A stretch of DNA of 64,000 bases from Candidatus Bathyarchaeia archaeon (GTDB lineage: Archaea; Thermoproteota; Bathyarchaeia; Bathyarchaeales; Bathycorpusculaceae), in NCBI GenBank assembly GCA_049521795.1, contig JBEKOM010000001.1, forward strand, positions 128,001 to 192,000. The letters run 5' to 3'. Shown here piece by piece: positions 40,760-51,365 of the stretch. The translations under genes were made by a program, and so were the position numbers. Within the stretch, counting starts at the first letter, position 1. The number at the start of each line of letters is the position of its first letter. The notes under the pieces were generated by a model. The model ran no database searches. It saw nothing but the letters and a program-made list of their open reading frames with translations, and was not told the DNA's origin.

Positions 40760-41896
40760 CTACTTGGACATTTCAACGACCCGCCGAGCGGCCTCCTCCA
40801 TGCTTTCTAGCACGTGGATCCCGGCTTCTTTCAGTATTCGCTTACCCTCCGCGTCGTTTGTGCCTACGAGTCTGATCACCATGGGTGTGGTTACTCCGAC
40901 CTTCTCTTTCGCCTCAAGTATACCTCGTGCAACTTCGTCACAGCGCGTGATCCCGCCTAGAATGTTTATGAAGAGTGTTTTTACTCGCGGGTCAGACAAC
41001 ACTATTTTCAGCGCCAGGGCCGTTTTTTCTGATGGCGCTCCGCCTCCGACATCTAAGAAGTTGGCTGGTTTTCCCCCGTAGTACTGGATCGTGTCCAGTG
41101 TCGCCATCACGAGGCCTGCTCCATTGCCGATCACACCTATGTTGCCTTCCAGTCTAACGTACGCTAGATCGTTGTTCATAGCTTCCAACTCCTGTGAACT
41201 AAGGTCGCTTTCGCCTTCCAGAAGCCTCTTCTTATAATCTTGATGCCTGAACAACGCGTTGTCATCGACGATAATCCTTGCGTCTGCTGCCACAAATCTC
41301 CCTTCCGCAGTTTCCACCAAAGGGTTCATCTCAATCAATTCAGCGTCATTTTCCAACGCAGCAACGTAGAGTCTTTCAAGGGTTTTTCCCAAGTCAGATA
41401 TCTGGTTGCCCCTGTAACCCATCTTCGTCGCAATTTCTTTGGTTTGAAAGGAGCGGAGACCGAGCTGGGGGTTTATGGAGGTTTTCACCACTTTTTCAGG
41501 CGTTCTTGAAGCTACTTCCTCGATGTCTACGCCGCCCAGTGAAGAAGCGACAGCAACATAGCATCGGTTAAGTCTGTCAGTTGTTATGCCAAAGTAAAGC
41601 TCTTTCTTTACCTGAATTTTCTCCTCGACCCAGACGCTCTTGACAGGTATCTCCTTTATCTTCATGCTCAGCAGCTTTTCTGCTGCTTTTTCAGCCTCCT
41701 CAGCCGACTGGGCAAAAAGTATGCCGCCTGCCTTTCCTCTTCCAGCGACCAACACTTGAGCCTTGACCACTACTGGCAGCCTGAGCCTAGCGGCGACTTC
41801 GCGAGCCTGGCCCGCACTCGTCGCCAATCCGCCTTGAGGCGTTGTGATCCCGTGTTTCCCAAGAATGTTTTTTGCTTCATACTCGTAAAGCTTCAA
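40760..41896 (-). CDS. sucC: Succinyl-CoA synthetase beta subunit
   Basis: [38 protein letters not shown]. Confidence 0.95.
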   Translation of the reverse strand: MKLYEYEAKNILGKHGITTPQGGLATSAGQAREVAARLRLPVVVKAQVLVAGRGKAGGILFAQSAEEAEKAAEKLLSMKIKEIPVKSVWVEEKIQVKKELYFGITTDRLNRCYVAVASSLGGVDIEEVASRTPEKVVKTSINPQLGLRSFQTKEIATKMGYRGNQISDLGKTLERLYVAALENDAELIEMNPLVETAEGRFVAADARIIVDDNALFRHQDYKKRLLEGESDLSSQELEAMNNDLAYVRLEGNIGVIGNGAGLVMATLDTIQYYGGKPANFLDVGGGAPSEKTALALKIVLSDPRVKTLFINILGGITRCDEVARGILEAKEKVGVTTPMVIRLVGTNDAEGKRILKEAGIHVLESMEEAARRVVEMSK

Positions 41897-41908
41897 CCTC
41901 TCGCCCCC

Positions 41909-42367
41909 TCATCTTATGACTTCTATCGTGACGTAGGACTTTGTATCTTGTATACCGTCAACAGAAGACAGCTTTTTCAACACTTCGTCAAGCTTCTCCC
42001 TGTCAACCACGGCGAGTGCGTCAACGTCTCCTGCGATTCTAAACGCTCTTTGAACGGCAAGTTCCTTGACTTTCTCGTAAACGTAACTTCTCTTGAGAGG
42101 TGAAACCTTGATCAGTATGAAGGCAGGTGTTGAGGATATTCCAAGTGCGCTCAATCCCCGGTCTGTCACGTCTATGAAGCCTCTGCCGGTACGTATGTAG
42201 CGCAGGTCCCTGAGTTTTCTCAGATGTACGTTCAAGGCTTGTCTGCTTATGCCGAGCTGTTTTGCCAGTTCGTCTTGCTTCAAGCGAAGTGTGTAGGTGC
42301 TTGTGGCCTCGCCTCTTTCATAGAGCATTCGAAGCAGTTGCATTGAACGTCTTGTCAGCGCTTCCAA
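41909..42367 (-). CDS. Lrp/AsnC-like regulator
   Basis: HTH (QDELAKQLGISRQALNVHLRKL) plus RAM-like C-terminal domain. Confidence 0.8.
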   Translation of the reverse strand: MEALTRRSMQLLRMLYERGEATSTYTLRLKQDELAKQLGISRQALNVHLRKLRDLRYIRTGRGFIDVTDRGLSALGISSTPAFILIKVSPLKRSYVYEKVKELAVQRAFRIAGDVDALAVVDREKLDEVLKKLSSVDGIQDTKSYVTIEVIR

Positions 42368-42473
42368 ACACCGTTCCTCATCGTTGTAGTTTGTTAAGTC
42401 AGAGTTTTACAATAGTAGCTCTCTTTTAAGTTTTTAGCAAGACAGAGGCAAATTGGATCAAACGCAACAGGAT

Positions 42474-42488
42474 TTGACGTTTTGTCAA
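42474..42488. promoter_or_regulatory. Palindrome TTGAC-N5-GTCAA, candidate operator
   Basis: Lies between the divergent Lrp-like gene and alba. Confidence 0.3.
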
Positions 42489-42580
42489 CTGCGAATTGAA
42501 ACCGTAATGTATTTATTTGCCGAGAATGAAGGTTATCGAGCCTACAGAAAAAATAAAACCTAGGAGTAAGGCGGTACAAA

Positions 42581-42859
42581 ATGTCTGAAAGCAACGCAGT
42601 GCTGATCGGAAACAAGCCAGTAATGAACTATGTACTGGCATGCATAACCCTCTTTCACGGCGGAGCGAAGGAAGTGAACGTCAAGGCACGAGGGAGATCA
42701 ATAAGTCGAGCAGTCGACGTCGTCGAAGTCGTCAGACGCAGATTCCTGCCAGACGTAAAAGTCAAAAGTGTTGGCATTGGAACACAGCAGATGGCACCCA
42801 GAGAAGAGGGTGGCTCGCCTTCAAACGTGAGCACAATCGAGATCTCGCTTGCACGCTAA
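42581..42859 (+). CDS. albA: DNA/RNA-binding protein Alba
   Basis: [31 protein letters not shown]. Confidence 0.96.
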   Translation: MSESNAVLIGNKPVMNYVLACITLFHGGAKEVNVKARGRSISRAVDVVEVVRRRFLPDVKVKSVGIGTQQMAPREEGGSPSNVSTIEISLAR

Positions 42860-42925
42860 GAATCGTTTATAGCTAGAATCAATGCTCCGCCGCCCCTCCT
42901 TAGTTCGCGGAGGGCGATTTTGTAG

Positions 42926-43435
42926 TTGAAGATGGGGCTTTGCAGCTTCTGTCTAAAGAGTGGTATGCTGTGCCAAAAGTGTTTAGCTAAAGTAGAGTCT
43001 GGAGAAATAAGCGAGCTTGACCTGAAAATCGCCCGAATACTGATGTCGTTAGAGGAAAAGTACCCCTCTCTTCAAAACCTATACTTTCACAAAGCAATCG
43101 ATGCCGACGGCACCTTGGCGATAGTGGTTGGCCCCGGAGATGTCCCACGCCTCCTGGGTTACGGAGGGAAGATTGTCAGAGCAATAGGCGACGAGACAGG
43201 CAAGAACGTGCGTGTTTTAGAGTACGGGGTTGATGACAGAAAATTTCTAGAAGACCTTTTTGCGCCTATCAGCATAATGACGATTAACACGATATGGTTG
43301 CCAGACGGAAGCATGGAAACTCGAGTTATTCTGCGAAGAAGACGTGTGACACACCCGTCTTTTGATGTAAAGGCTTTAAAGGAGATCGCCAGTAGAGTTC
43401 GCAACATAACGTTGCGAGTAGAGTTTGCGGACTAG
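42926..43435 (+). CDS. NusA-like KH-domain protein with N-terminal Cys cluster
   Basis: CSFCLKSGMLCQKC; LLGYGGKIVRAI. Confidence 0.75.
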   Translation: MKMGLCSFCLKSGMLCQKCLAKVESGEISELDLKIARILMSLEEKYPSLQNLYFHKAIDADGTLAIVVGPGDVPRLLGYGGKIVRAIGDETGKNVRVLEYGVDDRKFLEDLFAPISIMTINTIWLPDGSMETRVILRRRRVTHPSFDVKALKEIASRVRNITLRVEFAD

Positions 43436-43456
43436 GCAGCACGGTGAAAGGCTCTC

Positions 43457-44776
43457 ATGAAACTGGATTCCATTGATGATTGGCGCAGAACGCACTATTC
43501 TGTTGACGTTAAACCTGACCTCGACGGCCAAGAGGTTACCCTTTTCGGTTGGGTCCAAGAAATAAGAGACCTGGGTGGAATTCGCTTCATAATATTGCAG
43601 GACAGGGAAGGCACGATTCAAGTCACCATCCTTCGAAAGAAGGCCCCCAGCGAAGTCATATCGAAGTCCGACGGACTGCAGAGACGCTACAGCATAGCCG
43701 TGAAAGGAACGGTGAAGAAGACTGACATGACGCAAAGAGGCGTCGAAGTCTTACCGAATGATATCAAGATTCTGAGCACAGCCACGCGAGAGTTGTCAAT
43801 AGACATTTGTGACAAGACCCCAGCAAGTATCGAAACGTGCTTGGAAGCACGAACACTGGACTTGTGTCGAGAAAAAAACATCGCAGTCTTCAAGGTCCAA
43901 CACACCGCGGTAGAAGCAATCAGAGGTTTCCTTTTCGAAAGAGGCTTCTTAGAGGTGCACACGCCTCGCATAATTGCCTCAGCGACAGAAGGAGGCTCTG
44001 CACTCTTTCAACTTGACTATTTTGACAGAAAAGCATACCTGGCTCAGAGCCCGCAGTTGTACAAAGAAGAGCTTGTCATGAGCCTGGAAAAGGTCTTCGA
44101 GATCGGACCCTTTTTCAGAGCTGAAGAGTCGCACACTCGGAGCCACCTGAGCGAGTTCGTGTCGATAGACATCGAACAGGCTTTCGCAACAGCTGAAGAT
44201 GTGATGCAGATACTTGAGCAGCTCATGCGACACGTTTGCAAGACCGTGGGTGAAAAACGTCAGAGGGAACTGAGGACGCTGAAATATAGCTTGAAGGTGC
44301 CGGATGTTCCTTTCAAACGACTAAAATACTCTGAGGTTCTCGAAGAACTGAACCGGGAGGGCATGGAGATTCCATGGGGACAGGACATACCGACACCAGC
44401 CTATAGGAAGCTGGGAAAGCTTCATCCGTCCTTCTATTTCATAGTTGATTGGCCAACGGAGACAAGAGCCTTCTACACAAAGCCGCGTGACGACTGCCCC
44501 GAAATCTCTGAAGGTTTCGACCTGATGTGGCGCTGGTTGGAGCTCGTTTCGGGCGGTACCAGAATAGCCTCGAAAGACCTGCTCATGAAGCGGCTTAGAG
44601 AGAAGGGTCTGAGCCCGGAAGCCTTCAAGCACCACCTTCAAGCTTTTGATTATGGAATGCCGCCGCATGCAGGTTGGGCAATCGGGTTGGAAAGGCTGAC
44701 GATGATGTTGACAGGTAAGAAGAACATAAGAGAGGTCACACTTTATCCTCGAGACAAGTTCAGACTGACCCCGTGA
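43457..44776 (+). CDS. aspS: Aspartyl-tRNA synthetase, archaeal type
   Basis: OB fold, ATEGG, LAQSPQLYK, FRAE, YGMPPHAG...GLER, YPRD. Confidence 0.92.
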   Translation: MKLDSIDDWRRTHYSVDVKPDLDGQEVTLFGWVQEIRDLGGIRFIILQDREGTIQVTILRKKAPSEVISKSDGLQRRYSIAVKGTVKKTDMTQRGVEVLPNDIKILSTATRELSIDICDKTPASIETCLEARTLDLCREKNIAVFKVQHTAVEAIRGFLFERGFLEVHTPRIIASATEGGSALFQLDYFDRKAYLAQSPQLYKEELVMSLEKVFEIGPFFRAEESHTRSHLSEFVSIDIEQAFATAEDVMQILEQLMRHVCKTVGEKRQRELRTLKYSLKVPDVPFKRLKYSEVLEELNREGMEIPWGQDIPTPAYRKLGKLHPSFYFIVDWPTETRAFYTKPRDDCPEISEGFDLMWRWLELVSGGTRIASKDLLMKRLREKGLSPEAFKHHLQAFDYGMPPHAGWAIGLERLTMMLTGKKNIREVTLYPRDKFRLTP

Positions 44777-44871
44777 GGCTTCGATTAGCATTGTTCTTGT
44801 AAAAGTCGACATGGTATTTAGTTAAAAATGTGCTCAAAACTGATAAATAGCGGTTCCCTTACTGCCCAGTC

Positions 44872-46377
44872 ATGGGAGACCAGCCGAAGATCGCATGTGG
44901 AGTATTTGCAGCTGTAAACTACGATAAGCGGCCAGTGTTTCAAAACATTTATTGGGGTTTACGGGCTGAAAACCACAGGGGACATCAGTCTCATGGTTTC
45001 CTCACGTATTTTGACGGAAAGTTCCACGTTCACAGAAGCCTCGACCTCGTGCCGAAGATTAGAACGAGCGCAATTCAAGAATGGTTTGGCCGGTTGCCTG
45101 GAAATGTCGGCATTGGAAACGTGAGGTACACAACGTCCGGAAGATGCGACGAGAAATCGCTCGTGGAAGGCACGCAACCAGTGACAGCTTCAAAACAAGG
45201 CCATGGGCTCGCGATTTCCTACAACGGCAACGTGGTCAACACGTTCGAGCTTCGGAAAGAGATATCCAAGGAGTTTCCACAGTTTACCAGTGAATGCGAC
45301 GCAGACCTAATCTGCTATAAACTGCTGATCGAAGTCTTGAGAGGAAAAGATCTAACGTCCGCCGTTGGGACATGCATGGAAGAAATCGACGGAGCCTTTT
45401 CTGTGGCGTGCATTGACCAAGACGGCAATCTCTTCGCCTTCAAGGACCCACATGGAATAAGACCGTTGTGCGCAGGCCACAGCGAAGACCATTCAACGTA
45501 TGCATTCTCGTCTGAAACCGTCAGTTTAGACATAAACGGTTTCGTAAGAGATTTCGAGCTGTTGCCAGGAGAGCTGGTCACGGTTTCAAACAAGGGGTTT
45601 CAAAGACAGAAGCTCATAAAAGGGAAAGTAAAGGCTTTCTGCGCCTTTGAATTCGCATACTTTGCAAGGCCAGACTCACGGTTTGACAGCAAGTACGTCT
45701 ATGAGATTCGTGAAGAATTTGGAAGAAACCTTGTGAGAGAGAATCCGAAGGTTGTCAAGGACGCGGACATAATTCTTTCCGTGCCTGAAACAGGGGACGA
45801 CTCGGCCCTCGGCGTTCACGAAGCTTCTGGGTTGAGATGGGAGAGGGCTTCACGAAGACACCGCTACGTAACCGAGAGGGCATTCATCCTGCTTAGCAAA
45901 GACCGAAGCCCAACGATAGAGAGGAAAATCAACATCCTCGGTCCCAGAATCGAAGGAAAACGCATCATAATAACCGAAGACAGCATCGTCAGAGGAGACA
46001 CGACAAGGGTCATAATTGACAAACTGCGCAGGATGGGCGCCGAGAAAGTGTACGTTTTCGTCACTTTTCCACGGATAATCGGACCATGTCTGTACGGAAT
46101 AGACATGGCAACATACGGCCAACTCATAGGCTCAAGACACAGCACGGAAGAAATCGCAAAGATCATAGGGGCAGACGGCGTGTGCTACCAGTCACTCGAA
46201 GGCCTGGTACAAGCAACAGGGTTCAAGCAAGACGAGTTGTGCACGGGATGCATAACAGGCAAATATCCAACACCGCTGGCCCAAGCAATAGCCGATGAGA
46301 TGAAGAAACGGTTCTCGCAGGGTTTTGAAGAGAGAGAAAGACTGTACGAAATGGAAGAAGCTGTTCCTAGAGCCTAG
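44872..46377 (+). CDS. purF: Amidophosphoribosyltransferase
   Basis: Propeptide plus CGVF, HRG, VRYTT, CAFEFAYFARPDS, EDSIVRGDT, PCLYGIDM, CTGC. Confidence 0.93.
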   Translation: MGDQPKIACGVFAAVNYDKRPVFQNIYWGLRAENHRGHQSHGFLTYFDGKFHVHRSLDLVPKIRTSAIQEWFGRLPGNVGIGNVRYTTSGRCDEKSLVEGTQPVTASKQGHGLAISYNGNVVNTFELRKEISKEFPQFTSECDADLICYKLLIEVLRGKDLTSAVGTCMEEIDGAFSVACIDQDGNLFAFKDPHGIRPLCAGHSEDHSTYAFSSETVSLDINGFVRDFELLPGELVTVSNKGFQRQKLIKGKVKAFCAFEFAYFARPDSRFDSKYVYEIREEFGRNLVRENPKVVKDADIILSVPETGDDSALGVHEASGLRWERASRRHRYVTERAFILLSKDRSPTIERKINILGPRIEGKRIIITEDSIVRGDTTRVIIDKLRRMGAEKVYVFVTFPRIIGPCLYGIDMATYGQLIGSRHSTEEIAKIIGADGVCYQSLEGLVQATGFKQDELCTGCITGKYPTPLAQAIADEMKKRFSQGFEERERLYEMEEAVPRA

Positions 46378-46406
46378 CGCAAGAACTGGTCTTCACGGTC
46401 AATCCG

Positions 46407-47834
46407 ATGGCAGACGGGTTACTCATGGAAAAAGTGGGCGTGCTTGTCGTTTCTTATGGGTCAAGAGAAGTAGCCATGGTGGACGCTTTTGCCCGCAGCC
46501 GAAACTACAAAGTGGAGATCTACATTGCTGATAAGCAACGCAACCCCTTCAACGCGAAGAGGGCAGCCAAACACGTTGTAATACCTGACTTGAATGTTGA
46601 AGAAATCTGCAAATTCGCAGAGAGGAACAAGCCTGGAATTGACTTCGGTATCGTGGGCACTGAAAAACCGATAATCGAGGGAATTCGGGATCTCGTGGAG
46701 AAACGAACAGGAATACCCATGATCTGTCCAACAAAGCGATGTGCTATCGAGGGAAGCAAGGTTCAACAACGGCTCCTCTTCAAAAGAGTCGCCCCCGAAG
46801 TCAACCCGCGCTTTAAGATATTCAACCCAAAAGAGTACAAAACCGTTGCAGAAGTCAAGAAAGACGTTTACGATTGGCTCGACAAACTGGCTGACCAAGC
46901 TGTAGTTAAACCGGACAAGCCAGCAGCCGGAAAAGGCGTCGGCGTCTGGGGCGACCACTTCTCGAACCGAGAACAACTGTTCGAACACTTCCTCTCAAAC
47001 TACCAACACGGTTCAGTGATAATAGAAGAAAAAATCGAAGGAGAGGAATCAAGCTTTCAGGCGTTCTGCGACGGAAAACATCTTCTACCTCTGCCGGACA
47101 CCAGAGACTACAAACGGGCGTTCGACGAGGATAAGGGGCCGAACACGGGAGGAATGGGTTCGTACAAGGGCGTCGGAGACGTGTTGCCGTTTCTATCTGA
47201 TGCTGATCGTGCCAAAGAGCTGAACGTCGTCAACACGATCTTTCAAGGATGGAAAGGAGAAGACAGTTCAGCCCTTCGAGGCGTCCCTTTCTACGTTGCC
47301 TTCATGCACACGCGCAGAAAACTGAAGATTCTTGAGAACAACAGTCGACCGGGAGACCCCGAGATGATCAACATAATGCCCGTCTTGAAAGATGATTTCC
47401 TTGATGTATGTTACAAAATGTTGGAAGGAAACCTGACAAGGCTCCAATTAGAAAAAGCCGCGACAGTGGTAACCTACAAGGCTCCACCTTCCTACGGCGG
47501 ATACGCAGAAACCTTCCCAAGCCTTGTCAAAACAGACAGCGTTGACAGACCAGTCGACCTGGCGAGAGCTTATGAATTGAGCAAGAAATATGGTGACGAT
47601 ATTCGAATCTACCCCGCATCGATGGAAAAACGTGAAGGCAAGACCTTCGCCCTCAAATCCAGAGCCGTGTGCGCCGTGGGCATCAGCGAAAGCATAGAAA
47701 AAGCTCGGCAGATCTCACTTGAAGGCTTGAAGGCAATACGGGGTGGATCCCTCTGGAATCGAACCGACGTAGCCTCAGAAAACCACATAGAGAAAAGCGT
47801 AAAGCACATGGAGAAGCTGAGGCACAAGCCGTGA
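46407..47834 (+). CDS. purD: Phosphoribosylamine-glycine ligase (divergent)
   Basis: GSRE, EGSK, KPD..AAGKGV, DYKRAFDEDKGPNTGGMGS, ENNSRPGDPE. Confidence 0.88.
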   Translation: MADGLLMEKVGVLVVSYGSREVAMVDAFARSRNYKVEIYIADKQRNPFNAKRAAKHVVIPDLNVEEICKFAERNKPGIDFGIVGTEKPIIEGIRDLVEKRTGIPMICPTKRCAIEGSKVQQRLLFKRVAPEVNPRFKIFNPKEYKTVAEVKKDVYDWLDKLADQAVVKPDKPAAGKGVGVWGDHFSNREQLFEHFLSNYQHGSVIIEEKIEGEESSFQAFCDGKHLLPLPDTRDYKRAFDEDKGPNTGGMGSYKGVGDVLPFLSDADRAKELNVVNTIFQGWKGEDSSALRGVPFYVAFMHTRRKLKILENNSRPGDPEMINIMPVLKDDFLDVCYKMLEGNLTRLQLEKAATVVTYKAPPSYGGYAETFPSLVKTDSVDRPVDLARAYELSKKYGDDIRIYPASMEKREGKTFALKSRAVCAVGISESIEKARQISLEGLKAIRGGSLWNRTDVASENHIEKSVKHMEKLRHKP

Positions 47835-48913
47835 AGAGGCTTTTCATCACAGACTGCGAAGGACCCATTTCGAAGAACGACAACGCTCTCGAAACGCTGT
47901 CACATTTTGTCCCACAAGGCGACAGACTCTTCACCGTCGTAAGCAGGTATGACGATGTCCTTTCAGACGTGTTGAGAAGACCAGGATACCACGCAGGCGA
48001 CACGTTGAAGCTTGTGCTACCCTTCCTGAAGGCATACGACGTTACCGACGAAGAGAGTAGACAGTTTTCTGCCAGAAGCCTCGTCTTGATCGCACTCGCA
48101 GGGGACTCGCTTCGACACATGAGAAGCATTGCACCGGCATACATCGTCAGCACAAGCTACGAACACTACATCAGGGCCTTATGCAAGGCTCTTGAGTTTC
48201 CGTTTGAGAAAACCTATTGCACTAAGCTCAGCTTGGACGCGTACACCGTAACCTCAGAGGAGAAAGACGGCCTAAGAAAATTCGGCTGTGAAATCGCGCA
48301 GTTACCCATGTTCGAGAGTCCAGCAGAAACGAAGAGTCTAAAAGACCTTCCAGAAGAGGCTCAGACAACAATTCGAAGGCTGGATGAGATTTTCTGGAAA
48401 ACCATTGCTAAAATGCCGATCGGAAAAATCTATTCTGAAGTCAACCCTGTTGGAGGCAGAGAAAAAGCTGAAGTAATAAAGGACATAACAGGCAAGGAAT
48501 GCGTGGCTTTAAAGGACACGATGTACGTGGGTGACAGCATAACTGACGAGGAAGCCTTCAAGCTTGTGAAGGAAAACGGCGGTCTGACTGTTTCATTCAA
48601 CGGGAACCAATACGCTGTCAGAAACGCTGAAATCGCACTGCTCTCCGAGGACAGTTTGACGACGGCGGTGATCGCTGACGTTTTCATCAAGTTCGGAAAA
48701 ACGGAAACACTAAAACTAGTGGCGAAATGGAATAGCAGAACGCTAGAGAACAGTTCAATGAACGAGGACTTGCGAGAACAATTTCTCAAACTGCATCCTC
48801 GAGAACTGCCCAAAGCCAGAATAGTAACGAGGGAAAACATGAAAGACCTAGCGAAGGAGAGTAGCGAGTTTAGAAAGAAGATCAGAGGAAAAGCCATCGG
48901 CAGGTTAGGATAG
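47831..48913 (+). CDS. HAD-superfamily protein, EhaR-like
   Basis: FITDCEGP (motif I-like), IVSTS (II), GG.EK (III), YVGDSITD (IV); GTGA overlap with purD. Confidence 0.8.
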   Translation: MKRLFITDCEGPISKNDNALETLSHFVPQGDRLFTVVSRYDDVLSDVLRRPGYHAGDTLKLVLPFLKAYDVTDEESRQFSARSLVLIALAGDSLRHMRSIAPAYIVSTSYEHYIRALCKALEFPFEKTYCTKLSLDAYTVTSEEKDGLRKFGCEIAQLPMFESPAETKSLKDLPEEAQTTIRRLDEIFWKTIAKMPIGKIYSEVNPVGGREKAEVIKDITGKECVALKDTMYVGDSITDEEAFKLVKENGGLTVSFNGNQYAVRNAEIALLSEDSLTTAVIADVFIKFGKTETLKLVAKWNSRTLENSSMNEDLREQFLKLHPRELPKARIVTRENMKDLAKESSEFRKKIRGKAIGRLG

Positions 48914-48915
48914 GT

Positions 48916-49830
48916 TTGATCAAGAAAGACTTGATTGAAGACACGTATGCCGAAGCCTTTTCAGGATTATACTGCCGCGTCTTAGTGACCGCGGATGACG
49001 AAGAGACAGTTAAGAAGGCTGCTGACGATGCGACCGCAACGCCTTCAGGTGTTATAGGTAGACTTGACAGCGGAGTCGAAAGACTGCTGGGGAAGAGTGA
49101 AACGCCCGATGCTCGAAGAGGAGCAATCTTGCAGTTCTGGAAGGGCCTGGACAGAGGAAAACCTCTGGAAGGCATGCTTGACCGTTTTGAAAAGGAGCTT
49201 TCCTACCGAATTCGTCAAGACATCTTGGTGAAGCCTTTCACAGCGGTCTTCGACGCTTTGTCCGTGGAGCCTGAGGGGAAAATGGACATGATGGAAAGGG
49301 TTGGCCACTGCGGAGACGGGTATGAGTGGGAAGAGCAACTGTACGGAAAGAAAGTGATCGTCGTCCCAATCATGGTGCCTGACTTTCTCATAGAGCGTTT
49401 CATCGGCTACGCGAGAGGAATCGCTGGCGGCAACTTCTGGTACATGTGCAAAACGAAAAAACAAGTAGTTCTCGCCGGAAAGAAGGCGCTGGCAGCCATA
49501 CATCAGGTTGAGGGCGTAACAACGCCATTCGACGTCTGCTCAGCCGGGTCGAAGACTGAAACGCGCTTTCCCCTGATAGGGCCCACCACAAATCATCCGT
49601 ACTGCCCCTCCCTGAAGAGGAAGTTAAAGACCGAGTCCAAAGTGCCAGAAGGCGTCAACTACATCCCAGAAATAGTGATCAACGGCATCTCCATTGACGC
49701 AGTTAGAAAAGCAATGAAGGCCGGCATAGAAGCGGTTTTGAGCGTTGATGGCGTGGTGAGGGTTTCTGCGGGAAACTACGGTGGAAAGCTGGGTGAACAC
49801 AAGATAAATTTGAAAGAGCTGTTTCGATGA
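48916..49830 (+). CDS. Formylmethanofuran-H4MPT formyltransferase-like protein (divergent paralog, EhaS-like)
   Basis: [43 protein letters not shown]. Confidence 0.88.
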   Translation: MIKKDLIEDTYAEAFSGLYCRVLVTADDEETVKKAADDATATPSGVIGRLDSGVERLLGKSETPDARRGAILQFWKGLDRGKPLEGMLDRFEKELSYRIRQDILVKPFTAVFDALSVEPEGKMDMMERVGHCGDGYEWEEQLYGKKVIVVPIMVPDFLIERFIGYARGIAGGNFWYMCKTKKQVVLAGKKALAAIHQVEGVTTPFDVCSAGSKTETRFPLIGPTTNHPYCPSLKRKLKTESKVPEGVNYIPEIVINGISIDAVRKAMKAGIEAVLSVDGVVRVSAGNYGGKLGEHKINLKELFR

Positions 49831-50756
49831 GCAGGCTCGATGCTATAGGATTCGGCGCCCTCAACGTTGACAAGCTGTTTAAAGTGAACAGAATAGCCGC
49901 TGCTGAAGAAGAGAGCTTTGTAGCCTCTCACTCAGAGACTTGCGGCGGCTCAGCGGCAAACACCATGGTGGCCTTGGCAAGACTTGGCTGCAAAGTAGGC
50001 TTCATCGGCAAGATTGCCAGCGACGCTGAAGGAAGAATGCTGCTTCAAGATTTTCGAAAAGAAGGCGTTGATACAAGAGGCGTAACGGTTGCGACGACGG
50101 GAAGAAGCGGCAAAGTAATGGGTTTCGTGGGCAAAAGGGGAGAACGCGCATTGTACATAGACCCGGGCGTGAACGACGCAATAAAACTCGCCGAAATAGA
50201 CACTGAATATGCGTCAAACACTAAATTCTTGCATTTATCATCCTTCGTTGGAAGACAGTCGTTCGAAACACAGAAAAAACTCGTTAAAAAGCTGCCTGAA
50301 AAAGTCAAGGTGAGCTTCGACCCTGGAGCACTGTACGCGAGAATCGGATTTGCGAAGCTGAAGCCCGTCTTAGACAGGACCTCTGTGATGATGCCTAACG
50401 CGGGTGAACTGGCCTTACTGACGGGCAAGAGTGACTACAAAGCGGGCGCACGATTGCTAATTGACGAAGGGGTTGAAGCCTTAGCTGTGAAGCTGGGAAG
50501 CAAAGGATGCTACGTCATGGACAAAGAAGAAAGCTGCCTAGTGGAACCCTTCAAAGTCGAGGTTGTTGACACGACTGGAGCTGGCGACGCGTTCGACGCT
50601 GGCTTCATCTACGGACTACTCTCCGGCAAGAACATCAATGAAGCCGGAAAAATAGGCAATTTCATCGCCTCAAGGTCTATCACCGCTATGGGCGCCAGAG
50701 CTGGCCTGCCAACACTTGACGACTTGAAGAAATCTCTTGGCACAAGTCGAAATTAG
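49827..50756 (+). CDS. PfkB/ribokinase-family (nucleoside) kinase
   Basis: [21 protein letters not shown]; ATGA overlap with the Ftr-like gene. Confidence 0.9.
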   Translation: MSRLDAIGFGALNVDKLFKVNRIAAAEEESFVASHSETCGGSAANTMVALARLGCKVGFIGKIASDAEGRMLLQDFRKEGVDTRGVTVATTGRSGKVMGFVGKRGERALYIDPGVNDAIKLAEIDTEYASNTKFLHLSSFVGRQSFETQKKLVKKLPEKVKVSFDPGALYARIGFAKLKPVLDRTSVMMPNAGELALLTGKSDYKAGARLLIDEGVEALAVKLGSKGCYVMDKEESCLVEPFKVEVVDTTGAGDAFDAGFIYGLLSGKNINEAGKIGNFIASRSITAMGARAGLPTLDDLKKSLGTSRN

Positions 50757-51198
50757 CACACGGCCATCCCTTAGGCTGCCAATCTATCAATCCTAAGAAA
50801 AGTGTGCTCAGCTACCAAGTGAAAGCCTGACCTCCATGGGAAATGATAGACGGTCAGCAACATGTGAGCGGGGCAGAAAAAAGAACTCCGCGTGATAGTG
50901 CCGTACATTGAAAAATCACAACCCTTGCCCAGACTCTCGGCAAGGTCCTCGGCACGCACTCGTCTGTAAGCCCGTACAAATCCACTAGGGCCTTCATTAA
51001 GGTCCACGTGCAGTACCAGTACCCTAGGGGGAGGGGGGTGCAATAGACGAGGCCAAAAGACGAATACAGGGATGTTAGGTTCTCTGTGGGCAAACCGTGA
51101 ACACGGCGACAAGAGCAATCATAACGTGCAGAGTTCTTTTCATCAAGCACGCAACCGTGCATGGAGATTTTCGAAGACAAGCTGCCCTAGAAGGAATG

Positions 51199-51275
51199 TG
51201 GTGCGGTCGCCGGGATTTGAACCCGGGTCGTCGGCGTGGGAGGCCGATGTCCTAGCCATGCTAGACTACGACCGC
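51199..51275 (-). tRNA. tRNA-Gly(CCC), CCA encoded, no intron
   Basis: GCGGTCG/CGACCGC acceptor stem, TCGGC-CTCCCAC-GCCGA anticodon arm, GGTTCAAATCC. Confidence 0.95.
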
Positions 51276-51365
51276 ATTGTTTAGAAAATCTTGCACAGAA
51301 GAGACGACTAGCGTAGACTTTCAACCCTCGCCCCACGGCTCTTCAGCGATCGCACCTCGTCTCGT

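Noticed and set aside
47831-48913. Energy-converting hydrogenase subunit
   Set aside because: No hydrogenase or membrane subunits nearby; the motifs are HAD-like and the context is purine biosynthesis.
50757-51198. RNase P or SRP RNA, or real ORFs, in the gap after the PfkB gene
   Set aside because: No P4 or SRP helix-8 signature found; the short ORFs lack recognisable motifs.
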